Below are positions 27,683-35,686 of a stretch of 64,000 nucleotides of DNA, piece after piece. The first letter of the stretch is position 1. Every line of letters begins with the position of its first letter. A model generated the notes under the pieces. The model saw nothing but the letters and a program-made list of their open reading frames with translations. It was not told the DNA's origin and did no database searches. The DNA comes from a virus (taxonomy: Duplodnaviria; Caudoviricetes). Location of the stretch: IMG/VR virus record IMGVR_UViG_3300028840_002618, positions 291 through 64,290 of that record. One strand, 5' to 3'. A program made the translations under genes and the position numbers.

Positions 27683-29398
27683 ATGGGAGACAATGGATCT
27701 GGGTTCAACTGGGTAGAGCATCGAGACGAGGCAGAGAGGGCAACGTACGATCCGGATGATGACAAGATCAGGATCTATACAGACTTTGTGCCGAGGCCGA
27801 TGTTTGACGCATTCAGGGCGGCGGGCTTTTCTCGGGCGCCCAAGCAGGGATGTTTTTTCCAGGTATGGACGCCGCACAGGGAGGACATCGCTCTCGCTCT
27901 GTGTGATACCATCGAGGACGAGGATAGTACACTGCAGGAGAGGGCAGAGGAGAGATACGGACGGTTCGCCGGGTACAAGGCCAATGCCGGCAGGAGAGCG
28001 ACTGAGGCAATGGATGCAAGCCGCAAGGCCGTGGAGGGGATTCCGTTCGGACAGCCGATCCTGGTCGGTCATCACTCGGAGAAACGGCACCGGAGGGACA
28101 TCGCCAGGGCGCAGAGAGCAGCAGATCGGGCCGTAGAGGAGTTTGACCGGCAGGACTACTGGTCATGGAGAGCGGCGGGAGTTCTGAGGAACGCCGGGCG
28201 CAAGTTCAACCTGGGGACGGTGTATAGGAGGATCAAGAAACTCAAAGCACGGGTGCGAAAGTCCAAGAAAGATGCTCGGACTTCTCCCGCAGACCGGAAC
28301 AAGTATTGTCAGTCCTGGATCTGGGCAGAGAGGAGAGAGGAGAACGAGCTTTTCTGGGAGAAACACGGGCGGGGGATGCGGTATCACGACCTGGACCCAG
28401 AGGATCGGAGATCGTTCCGAGAGACGTATATCCCTGGGGCCATTCACCGCAAGCGGTTCTACCAGAGATGGATCAGGCATGACGAAGGTCTGATCGGGTA
28501 CTGGCAAAAGATCTATGACGAAGTACGGCCCGATGGTCTGGAGGGGGGAGCGGAGAACCAGAGAGAGATCAAGAAAGGGTACTGGGTTCAGAGTAAGAGG
28601 TACGGCGGTTGGGCCCAGGTGGTCAGAGTCAACAAGAACCGGGAGGGCATGATCAACTCCGTGTCCATCGACACCAAGACCTATACTCGGAGGTTCGCGA
28701 TCCGGATCTGGGATTATGAGAACATCAAAGAGATCAAGACGCCTGAGGAGTACGCTGCAATGTCTGAGGGGGAGCAGTTGGGCGAGGATCATACCGGTTT
28801 CCGTGGGGTCAAGGAAAAGGATCCGGAGAAAGAGGAGGCAAGAGAGATCGCCAAAAAGGTCTCTGAGGTAGAGCTTGAGGTCAGGTACGACAATGACTTT
28901 CATCCGACGCCTTTCCCTGTAGTGAGTAAAATGATCGACTGGTTGGATATTCCTTCCTTGTTGTCCATCTTTGGGCCGAATGGGCCTTTTCTGGAGCCGA
29001 GTAGTGGGGATGGGAGGATCATACAGGAGATCAAGATCAAGTTTCCTGACGTGACCGTGGGCTTTTTTGAGACAGACCAGAGATGTCAGGTACGGAGCGT
29101 CAATGCAGGAGGGATCTTTCTGGCAGAGGATTTTATGCAGATGCTCGAGTACGAGATCTACGCCGGGGTCATCATGAACCCACCGTACAGCAATGGTCAA
29201 TGGAGAAAGCACGTCCAGAAGGCCCACCGGATGCTCAAGCAGGGAGGTCGGCTGGTCGCATTGGTGCCGATAGGTGGGATCTATGGGGAGTTTGCAGACT
29301 GGTTGACTGGGGTAGGAGGATACCGGGGCGAGGATCTGGGGAGCGTGTTCCCAGGGACCAAGCTAGAGACGACTATCGTCGTGGTAGAGAAAGAGTAG
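27683..29398 (+). CDS. DUF3560 domain fused to N6-adenine DNA methyltransferase
   Basis: IPFGQPILVGHHSEKRHR; FHPTP, LEPSSGDG, MNPPY. Confidence 0.8.
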   Translation: MGDNGSGFNWVEHRDEAERATYDPDDDKIRIYTDFVPRPMFDAFRAAGFSRAPKQGCFFQVWTPHREDIALALCDTIEDEDSTLQERAEERYGRFAGYKANAGRRATEAMDASRKAVEGIPFGQPILVGHHSEKRHRRDIARAQRAADRAVEEFDRQDYWSWRAAGVLRNAGRKFNLGTVYRRIKKLKARVRKSKKDARTSPADRNKYCQSWIWAERREENELFWEKHGRGMRYHDLDPEDRRSFRETYIPGAIHRKRFYQRWIRHDEGLIGYWQKIYDEVRPDGLEGGAENQREIKKGYWVQSKRYGGWAQVVRVNKNREGMINSVSIDTKTYTRRFAIRIWDYENIKEIKTPEEYAAMSEGEQLGEDHTGFRGVKEKDPEKEEAREIAKKVSEVELEVRYDNDFHPTPFPVVSKMIDWLDIPSLLSIFGPNGPFLEPSSGDGRIIQEIKIKFPDVTVGFFETDQRCQVRSVNAGGIFLAEDFMQMLEYEIYAGVIMNPPYSNGQWRKHVQKAHRMLKQGGRLVALVPIGGIYGEFADWLTGVGGYRGEDLGSVFPGTKLETTIVVVEKE

Positions 29399-29405
29399 GG
29401 AGATC

Positions 29406-29612
29406 ATGAAGTTTACCAAAGAAGGCAACGAATGGTTCTCGGAGTGTAGGGACTTCAAGATCGAGACGACCCTGCACGGCAGGATCTTGTTTCATCGTCA
29501 TTACATGAGCAAAAAAAAGAACGACGCGTTGATCAAGAGAGCGGATCGCATTCGGTCAGCGGTAGATCTCCAGGGTCCTCTGCCCGACGAGTTTAGTGTA
29601 GAGGGGGTATAG
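29406..29612 (+). CDS. hypothetical protein
   Basis: GGGAG RBS. Confidence 0.55.
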   Translation: MKFTKEGNEWFSECRDFKIETTLHGRILFHRHYMSKKKNDALIKRADRIRSAVDLQGPLPDEFSVEGV

Positions 29613-29613
29613 G

Positions 29614-29862
29614 ATGGACGAAGGGTATAGGAGTGAGGATCTGATCGAGTCTGGAGATCTAGAAGAGTCTATCATGGAGATGAAAAAGATCCTTGAACAG
29701 AGACAGGTCGCCCGGGTGACAATGGTCGGAGTGGTTGGCGAGTTGTGCGGTAACAAGGCCGTTCTGGACCCTCAGATCTGGGGAGATGTCAGCAGGATCT
29801 ATAGGGATCAGGAGGAGATCAACGCCGCCATCAAGAGATGGCTCAAACGCCTTGGGGCTTGA
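29614..29862 (+). CDS. hypothetical protein
   Basis: operon packing. Confidence 0.55.
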   Translation: MDEGYRSEDLIESGDLEESIMEMKKILEQRQVARVTMVGVVGELCGNKAVLDPQIWGDVSRIYRDQEEINAAIKRWLKRLGA

Positions 29863-29963
29863 CTAAGATCTCTGGGGTATGGTAGAATAGAGACACTACT
29901 ATAGCAGTGAGTTCAAACAAAAAGCCACCGCGCAGGGGCTCTCCCGAGCAGTGGTTTTTTGTT
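29859..29963 (+). ncRNA. promoter-short RNA-terminator unit containing leader core CAGTGAGTT
   Basis: TTGACT-18-(TGG)TAGAAT, then ~70 nt ending in AAAAAGCCAC...GTGGTTTTTT. Confidence 0.5.
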
Positions 29964-29987
29964 GCCACCTGTATGGGGCAGGGGAGG

Positions 29988-30524
29988 TCAAGGGCTTGGG
30001 GGATAGATGATCGCCTCGTCTGCTTCACAGGAGGGACAGACGTCAAGTTCTCGGACGGTTGACTGCCAGACGTGGTCACAGTTGACACACCGGAAGGCGC
30101 AGACAGGGCCCTCCCGGTTCTGGAGGTAGGAGGAGGCAAACCCGAAGGATGCTCCACCTGCACAGGCGGTCAGGAGTAGGACCAGAAGGATCTGGGCCGT
30201 GAGTCGCCAGGAGTCGCGCCGGCGCGTTTGGGCCGTGGCGAGTTCTACGTTGGTCTCCGTGAGGAGTCGGCGCACGTAGGCGTCCGTGTGGGCGACCGTA
30301 CGGTTGACATCGGCCTCCCCTTCCTCCTCGATCGCGTCGACCTGGGCCTGGGCCTGGAGTGCTTGAGCCTTGGCCTCGTCAGTCTGGGAGGCTTGGATCG
30401 TTGCCCATAGCTCGAGTTCTGAGGGCTTGGAGGTCTGAGGACGTGAGGTGATCATGATCGCCGTAGAGACAACGATCAAACCCAATCCCGCAATCGCTCC
30501 CAGTAGTGCCGCTAGTTTCTGCAT
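29988..30524 (-). CDS. membrane protein with coiled coil and C-terminal Zn ribbon
   Basis: two TM segments, CVNC...CPSC; ATG after AAGGAG. Confidence 0.6.
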   Translation of the reverse strand: MQKLAALLGAIAGLGLIVVSTAIMITSRPQTSKPSELELWATIQASQTDEAKAQALQAQAQVDAIEEEGEADVNRTVAHTDAYVRRLLTETNVELATAQTRRRDSWRLTAQILLVLLLTACAGGASFGFASSYLQNREGPVCAFRCVNCDHVWQSTVRELDVCPSCEADEAIIYPPSP

Positions 30525-30546
30525 TGGAGGTCTCTCCTTTTCTGTG

Positions 30547-30632
30547 AACATGATCATGATGATCAAGATCTCCCCTATAGAGCTGGATCTTGTATATATG
30601 GGGGATCATCATGATCATGATCATGATCATGA
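30547..30632. repeat. GATC-rich palindromic element A
   Basis: CATGATCATGATGATC arms around TCCCCTATAG...TATATATGGGG. Confidence 0.8.
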
Positions 30633-30871
30633 GCGGGCCGCCTCTCGGCGGCCAGTGCTAAGAGTTTTCTGACTTTGGAACAGACCCAGCGCCATTGGTA
30701 CTTGTGCTTCTCACAGCACTGGGCGCGCCCGTTGGTCAGGACGGTGTCACAGCCAGGGTAACGGCACACTCTCTTGACGTTTCGCTCCTCATAGGCTGGA
30801 TCCTCTCCGTATTTTGTCGTGCCGTGGAGGTTGGCGAGATCGAGTTCTGGATCAGTGTAGCCGTCCGACAT
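30575..30871 (-). CDS. small Cys-cluster (Zn-finger-like) protein
   Basis: CRYPGC...CCEKH; 3' end lies in the GATC element. Confidence 0.5.
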   Translation of the reverse strand: MSDGYTDPELDLANLHGTTKYGEDPAYEERNVKRVCRYPGCDTVLTNGRAQCCEKHKYQWRWVCSKVRKLLALAAERRPAHDHDHDHDDPPYIQDPAL

Positions 30872-30965
30872 ATGGGACTTTCTATGTGATAGATTCTACT
30901 ACTCCCCCACCCCGTCTATCTCTCCAAAAGCGTCTGGGGCGGGGGAGGGGGCAGATGCAACGCTT

Positions 30966-31475
30966 TTAGTAGGGCCAGTCCGCGAACGCGTGGACGGAGA
31001 ACGGGCCGAACTCGAGATAGCCCACCCTGGAGGATAGATCGGCCTCTGGCGTGAGGTCTATCCCCCCCAGAAGGAACAGAGAGCCAGCCGTAGGATCGTA
31101 CCCCCAGGATCTCTCCAGGAGAGCCAGATCGATAGCCTCGTACGCCCACTGACTGGGAGCAAGAATCGTCTCTGCTCCGTAGAAACCTTGATCGACTATG
31201 GCTTGTATGTCGTCCGGAAACCAGGGAGAGTCTTGGCGGTTCAGGATGACGTGGACGACCCAGGTCCCGGCGCGTGTTTTGAGATCGGACAGCACACCGA
31301 CTTCTCCTTGGATGGCTTTAGCCATGTGGTAACGGGCGATCTCAGTCTGGGAGGGGGCTTCCAGTGTCTGGGCAAAGACGTCCTTTGCACATTGGGATAG
31401 GACTAGGATCAAGGTGATCGCCAGCCAGACCAGGATCGCCGCCAACGTTTGCCGTGCTCGTTGTCTCTGTCTCAT
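30966..31475 (-). CDS. SleB/Hydrolase_2-like cell wall hydrolase, membrane-anchored
   Basis: AKAIQGE...VVHVILNR.DSPWFPDDI...YDPTAGSLF. Confidence 0.7.
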   Translation of the reverse strand: MRQRQRARQTLAAILVWLAITLILVLSQCAKDVFAQTLEAPSQTEIARYHMAKAIQGEVGVLSDLKTRAGTWVVHVILNRQDSPWFPDDIQAIVDQGFYGAETILAPSQWAYEAIDLALLERSWGYDPTAGSLFLLGGIDLTPEADLSSRVGYLEFGPFSVHAFADWPY

Positions 31476-32215
31476 TCATTCTCCTCATTCTCTGGAGGAG
31501 CAACGTCGACGCTCCCCTGTAATAGGCCCTTGAACCATTCCTTGCCGCTGGCGTATAGGTAGGTGTGAGCGTTGACCGCCAGGGAGGTCTTGTATGCCAT
31601 CCGGTTTACGATCATCTGGTTGGCAAGGATCTCCCATTCGCTTCTCTTGATCTTGTAGACCTTTTCTGCCGTGTTCCCGGTGAACTGTGCTGGCAGGACG
31701 GTGCGGGTCAGGGCTCGGGCATACCTGTACCACTTTTCTGGCTCGTGGGTTCTGAGAGTCGCCATCCTCTGCCCGCCCGGGACGACAACGGTCCCCTTGA
31801 AGGTGTGGACGACTTCACCATCTGCCAAGTGGTCCTCTATAGTTGGGAAGTCCCGGGCGTTAGTGATCCCTGCCAGATGGGGATCGACTTGCCCATAGGG
31901 CAACGGATACGATGGGTTCTCTATGGCAACCTTGTAGTAGTCTCGCGATGCCTTCCTAAAGGCGTGCCCCCAGATGACCAGGAGGATCGACGCCAGGATC
32001 TCGATTGCCCACTGGAATGCCCACCACACCCAGGGCCATCCCCTCCATAGAGAGAGGAGGAGAGCCGCTACCCCCAGGAGGCAGAAGTAAGAGATCGTGC
32101 GCCCTCCCGCATATCGCACGGCAAGCCGCCAGACTGTCTTGACCTGATCGAACTTGTCCCGCTGGATCGAGACGTCGCCGGTAGACCCGTATCCAGGCTG
32201 TCTAGGTTGGGTCAT
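31472..32215 (-). CDS. membrane protein
   Basis: two N-terminal TM helices; GGAGG RBS. Confidence 0.65.
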   Translation of the reverse strand: MTQPRQPGYGSTGDVSIQRDKFDQVKTVWRLAVRYAGGRTISYFCLLGVAALLLSLWRGWPWVWWAFQWAIEILASILLVIWGHAFRKASRDYYKVAIENPSYPLPYGQVDPHLAGITNARDFPTIEDHLADGEVVHTFKGTVVVPGGQRMATLRTHEPEKWYRYARALTRTVLPAQFTGNTAEKVYKIKRSEWEILANQMIVNRMAYKTSLAVNAHTYLYASGKEWFKGLLQGSVDVAPPENEENE

Positions 32216-32351
32216 CTTTCCTCCGTAGTCGTCCCCTCTGGAGTTCTGCCTTGTACCACTTTTTGATCCTGGCGCGCCGCTCTCCCCGAGAGAGACCTTG
32301 CAGTAACGGATGTTTCTGGGGGATGCTGCGCCAGTATTGCTTGAAGGACAT
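32202..32351 (-). CDS. hypothetical 49-aa basic protein
   Basis: fills gap; MSFKQYWRSIPQKHP... Confidence 0.4.
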   Translation of the reverse strand: MSFKQYWRSIPQKHPLLQGLSRGERRARIKKWYKAELQRGRLRRKDDPT

Positions 32352-32367
32352 AACCCGCGCTGATCTT

Positions 32368-32583
32368 TTAGTGGTCATGTAGTGGCAACTCCAGTTGTTT
32401 GTTTTGGTTCGCTATGTCTCGGGCAGGATCGTATAGTGTGACGGTGATCTGGATCGTCCCGTTGGGGAGTCTGCCCGTTGTTTCATGTCTGGACGTGTAG
32501 CACTTGGCTTCGAGGTCTCCGAGACGCAGTTTCCTCAAGACGCCCTCGAGTTGTTGTATGGTCAGGCTTTGCAGTTCATCCAC
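32368..32583 (-). CDS. hypothetical protein
   Basis: overlap-coupled in operon. Confidence 0.5.
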   Translation of the reverse strand: MDELQSLTIQQLEGVLRKLRLGDLEAKCYTSRHETTGRLPNGTIQITVTLYDPARDIANQNKQLELPLHDH

Positions 32584-32866
32584 GGATCAATCCTTTCAGT
32601 CCGCTGGCGATGTCAGGAGGGAGGGGTGCGGCCTCTGAGCCTGCGCCGGTCACGTCTGGAGGAGAGACCTGCACTCCCTGTTCTCTGAGATCTTGGATCT
32701 CCTTGAGGATACGGGCCAGCATTTTCTCTTGTCGGCTCTCGCCCTGTAGGAGGTAGCGGATCGCTCGTCGGATCGACTGTGAAACGCTCCCCTCTTGAGC
32801 CTCTAGCCAATCAAGGATGTCCCGATCAGTCTCCGTGTTCAGGTATAGCGTCTTGGTTGTGTTCAT
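32576..32866 (-). CDS. ParR-like ribbon-helix-helix adaptor
   Basis: TLYLNTETDRDILDWLE...SQSIRRAIRYLL downstream of ParM. Confidence 0.65.
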   Translation of the reverse strand: MNTTKTLYLNTETDRDILDWLEAQEGSVSQSIRRAIRYLLQGESRQEKMLARILKEIQDLREQGVQVSPPDVTGAGSEAAPLPPDIASGLKGLIRG

Positions 32867-33014
32867 TCCTTCTAACATCCTCCTCGATCGCATTGATCAA
32901 GTCAAGGACGTGATCACGCAACACCTCGAGTTCATCGCGCACAATGAGCAGATCCTTGTCCATCTGGCTATGCACGGAACTGGAGGCCTTGATAGCATCT
33001 GACAATCTGCTCAT
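32826..33014 (-). CDS. small coiled-coil protein
   Basis: TAATG coupling to ParM, AAGGAG RBS. Confidence 0.55.
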   Translation of the reverse strand: MSRLSDAIKASSSVHSQMDKDLLIVRDELEVLRDHVLDLINAIEEDVRRNEHNQDAIPEHGD

Positions 33015-34012
33015 TAGATCTCTCCTTGTTTCTGGAGGTAGAGTCCGTAGCGCAGATAGCCTTGCACATTGGCAAAAACCGGATCGCGTGGCATGAAGAC
33101 CTGCCGGTGTTGGTCAAAGTGATTGACGACAAACTCACCAATGAGATGCGCCCCACCACCGGTGATCAGGATCTTGTCCAGTGCCGCCCCACCGTCCCAG
33201 TGCTGTGTCGCCGCGCTGATGATCTCTCGGGACATTGGTTCCGAGACCTCCAGGATTGTCTGGGAGATGTCATACGCTTCGCCGTGATAGGGGACTTGCC
33301 CGAGCTGGATGTCCTTGACCAGATCGTGGTCTCGCCGCTCCAGTTGGGGGAACAAGTCAGAGACACGGGCCGAGATTGCGCGCACGATGTCCCAACAGCC
33401 GGTGGGGATCGAGGTCGTGCCGTAGGACACCTCTTGTCCCCTGGAGGTCGTCAAGACGTTCGTTGTGTGAGATCCAATGTCAAGTATGCCAACGGTCCCG
33501 GTCAGCCACGCGGGATCGACTGGATCTCCGTTGCCATCAAAGGCCATCGAGCAGAGAGATCCAAAGGGCTGTGGGATCACGTATGCCTTGACCTCGTAGG
33601 TGTGGGTACGGGTCACCTCTGGGTACTCTCTGGTCACTCGATGCGTGCCCGAGAGGAGGTCTTGCACCTCTGTTTTGTCGTCAAAGTAGGCCAACGGGAG
33701 GCCAGAGATCAACGTGATGCTCTCTGAGGAAGCGCGAGAGATCTCCGTCAGGGAGGCATAGAAAAGAGACTTGTACTGGTCAGAGTAGATCCAGCGTCGA
33801 TCCTCTTGTCGGTCAATGAAACGGGATTGCGTGATCGCCGCCTCTCCGACGACTGTTCTCCCTACCCCGTTAGAGATGACGATCGCGTTGTTGGTGCCGA
33901 GGCCAAAGCGCGGGAGGTCTGGAGAGCCGGTCACGCTTGGAAAAGTGAGCTGCCCATCGCCTTCCGAGTTGATCTTTACTGCTCCGTATCCGATGTCAAG
34001 TCCTGCAAGCAT
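33014..34012 (-). CDS. parM: ParM/StbA actin-like partition ATPase
   Basis: GLDIGYGAVK, SGLP, PQPFG, LDIGSHTTN, TGGGA, ANVQG. Confidence 0.9.
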   Translation of the reverse strand: MLAGLDIGYGAVKINSEGDGQLTFPSVTGSPDLPRFGLGTNNAIVISNGVGRTVVGEAAITQSRFIDRQEDRRWIYSDQYKSLFYASLTEISRASSESITLISGLPLAYFDDKTEVQDLLSGTHRVTREYPEVTRTHTYEVKAYVIPQPFGSLCSMAFDGNGDPVDPAWLTGTVGILDIGSHTTNVLTTSRGQEVSYGTTSIPTGCWDIVRAISARVSDLFPQLERRDHDLVKDIQLGQVPYHGEAYDISQTILEVSEPMSREIISAATQHWDGGAALDKILITGGGAHLIGEFVVNHFDQHRQVFMPRDPVFANVQGYLRYGLYLQKQGEI

Positions 34013-34182
34013 GGTGCTTCCCCTTCGTTAGTTATGCCGAGTAGATCGCGAGTCCGAGATGTATTAGGGAGGACATAACCAATGACCTGCCCTTGCCGGT
34101 GATAGATGACCTCCAGGTGCTCCGTGTCCCTCAATGATAGTATTTTGGCGACTGTGAGGTCTCCGACGTGGATCTGATCCAT
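33976..34182 (-). CDS. small Phd/YefM-like protein (possible autoregulator)
   Basis: first gene after promoter; LEVIYHRQGQVIGYVLP. Confidence 0.4.
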   Translation of the reverse strand: MDQIHVGDLTVAKILSLRDTEHLEVIYHRQGQVIGYVLPNTSRTRDLLGITNEGEAPCLQDLTSDTEQ

Positions 34183-34210
34183 AGGTACGTCCTCCTGTTT
34201 GTGTAGGTCC

Positions 34211-34240
34211 ATTGTACCATACTCGGGCAATTCTTGTCAA
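34211..34240 (-). promoter_or_regulatory. sigma70-type promoter for par cassette
   Basis: TTGACA-18-(TGG)TACAAT. Confidence 0.75.
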
Positions 34241-34273
34241 GGGGAGAATTACAGGAATTAGGACAGTTGCCTC

Positions 34274-34323
34274 TTGACAAATGTTTGGGATCATGGTACG
34301 ATATGCCTGACAATGAGTTGATC
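34274..34323 (+). promoter_or_regulatory. promoter plus conserved leader (copy 4, A variant)
   Basis: TTGACA-17-TACGAT-6-GACAATGAGTTGATC. Confidence 0.85.
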
Positions 34324-34342
34324 ATGATAGAGGAGGATCGAA

Positions 34343-34897
34343 ATGAACATGCGCACAGTCAACAGAATCAAGCAGGATCTGAGGTCGGCCCTGGGCAATT
34401 TGGAGTGGTTGCGGGAGGGGGCAGAGAGGGAGGATCGTCCTGGTGCGTGGTCGAACAGCGTGACCACGTCCGAGATGCACATCCGCGAGACTCGTCAAGA
34501 GTTGATGCGGATCGCCGGGGCCAATGCACGTTGGTCCGCATTAGCCAGTCAGACGCCCCAGATCGAGATATTCACAAGTATCGCGGACAGCGCACTCGAG
34601 TTGGTTGACACAATCGACGCCGCTTTGGATGGTAAGGAATGGGAGATCGCGCATACACGTCTCTCATACCCCGCAGAGCTGATCGCCTGGATCATGAAGG
34701 AAAAGATCGCCAGGGACCCGCAGCACGCAGTGAACGTCCTGAATCTCTCGGGAGGTCGGGCCGAGAGCTGGTCCAATCGTCGTTTTGCGGTCTGGGCCAA
34801 GACGTACCGTTGGTATCGCCGCAAGGGTCACAAAAAGGCTGAGGCGGTTCAGTATGCCCGCAGCTACGCAAACAAGGTGATGCTCGGGCAGGACTAG
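34343..34897 (+). CDS. hypothetical helical protein
   Basis: GAGGAGG RBS. Confidence 0.7.
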   Translation: MNMRTVNRIKQDLRSALGNLEWLREGAEREDRPGAWSNSVTTSEMHIRETRQELMRIAGANARWSALASQTPQIEIFTSIADSALELVDTIDAALDGKEWEIAHTRLSYPAELIAWIMKEKIARDPQHAVNVLNLSGGRAESWSNRRFAVWAKTYRWYRRKGHKKAEAVQYARSYANKVMLGQD

Positions 34898-34956
34898 TGG
34901 GTAGGAGGGGAGAGGGGATCGGCCTCTCTCCCCTGTTCAAGTATAGAGAGGGGATC

Positions 34957-35151
34957 ATGTCTGAGAGAGGACGCAAGATCTTTTTGGGGATCATGGTAGT
35001 GCTTTCGCTTTTCCTGTTGGGTTGTAGTATACTCGGTGACTGGACCGACATGGATCGGTCCAGGTGGGGTTGGGGCGGCGAGTACGGCGACGCGCCGCGA
35101 ACCATCGACGGTAACCCGACCATGACACCCATTAACCCTGAATTGCAATGA
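34957..35151 (+). CDS. small lipoprotein
   Basis: MSERGRKIFLGIMVVLSLFLLG-C lipobox. Confidence 0.6.
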   Translation: MSERGRKIFLGIMVVLSLFLLGCSILGDWTDMDRSRWGWGGEYGDAPRTIDGNPTMTPINPELQ

Positions 35152-35152
35152 A

Positions 35153-35296
35153 CTGTCTGCCCTCTCTGAGAGGGGTCCAGGTGAATTGAACGAGATGACC
35201 GCCCCTGGCTTATCCGTCCTCTAACGGAGACGCCACGGCCTCCTCTCTATCAACTCATTGTCAGCCTGGTCCTCTCTCAGAGAGGGCAGACGTTTT
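35153..35296 (+). ncRNA. long-hairpin RNA with antisense to conserved early leaders and anti-SD
   Basis: ~30-bp closing stem GTCTGCCCTCTCTGAGAG.../...CTCTCAGAGAGGGCAGAC; contains CCTCCTCTCT-ATCAACTCATTGTCAG. Confidence 0.7.
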
Positions 35297-35309
35297 TCTG
35301 GAGGTCGTC

Positions 35310-35507
35310 ATGTTCTGGATCAAGGTAGTTGTGAGCATCGTGATAGGTTGTACTGTAGGTGTGATCGGAGACATCTTTTTCCGAGTCTTGATCAAGGTCT
35401 CTCCTCGACTGGTACCGGAGAGGATCAGAGTAGAGTATGGATGTTTCTGCCATTATCAGGAGCCATACGGTTGGGTAGTGATGGGATCATGTCCCTTTCA
35501 TGACTAG
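35310..35507 (+). CDS. small membrane protein
   Basis: GGAGG RBS, N-terminal TM, C-terminal Cys/His. Confidence 0.55.
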   Translation: MFWIKVVVSIVIGCTVGVIGDIFFRVLIKVSPRLVPERIRVEYGCFCHYQEPYGWVVMGSCPFHD

Positions 35508-35515
35508 GGGGATCG

Positions 35516-35686
35516 ATGTCGGGCAAGTGGATCTGTCTTTTTGTTGGTCTGGTTCTCGGGCTGTTTCTGGGAACAAATCTGGGGATCGTTTTGCTCTGCG
35601 TGATGCAGTGTGCATCGCGCAAGGTAGAGAGGAGAGAGTCATGCCAAAGTATGGAGGTCGGACAGGGCGTTTCTTGGAGGGACTAA
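35516..35686 (+). CDS. small single-TM protein (56 aa)
   Basis: MSGKWICLFVGLVLGLFLGTNLGIVLLC; below ORF-track cutoff. Confidence 0.5.
   Translation: MSGKWICLFVGLVLGLFLGTNLGIVLLCVMQCASRKVERRESCQSMEVGQGVSWRD

Noticed and set aside
28163-29227. Long antisense ORFs (also 11803-12615, 19240-20004, 33026-33727 and similar)
   Set aside because: Shadow frames of well-supported genes in GC-rich DNA, with no motifs or RBS.
30547-30632. Protelomerase (telRL) site, or a functional His-Asp repeat protein
   Set aside because: The palindrome is imperfect at the centre and no protelomerase is recognised; HDHDHD and MIMIM peptides are by-products of the DNA repeat, which also occurs outside genes.
30903-30967. 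G-quadruplex or RNA switch in a G/C-rich gap
   Set aside because: Only three G-runs; alternative pairings exist but nothing else supports a function.
35153-35296. 6S RNA
   Set aside because: The stem-bubble-stem shape is similar, but it is short, has no evident own promoter, and exact complementarity to the leaders explains it better; not fully excluded without cmscan.
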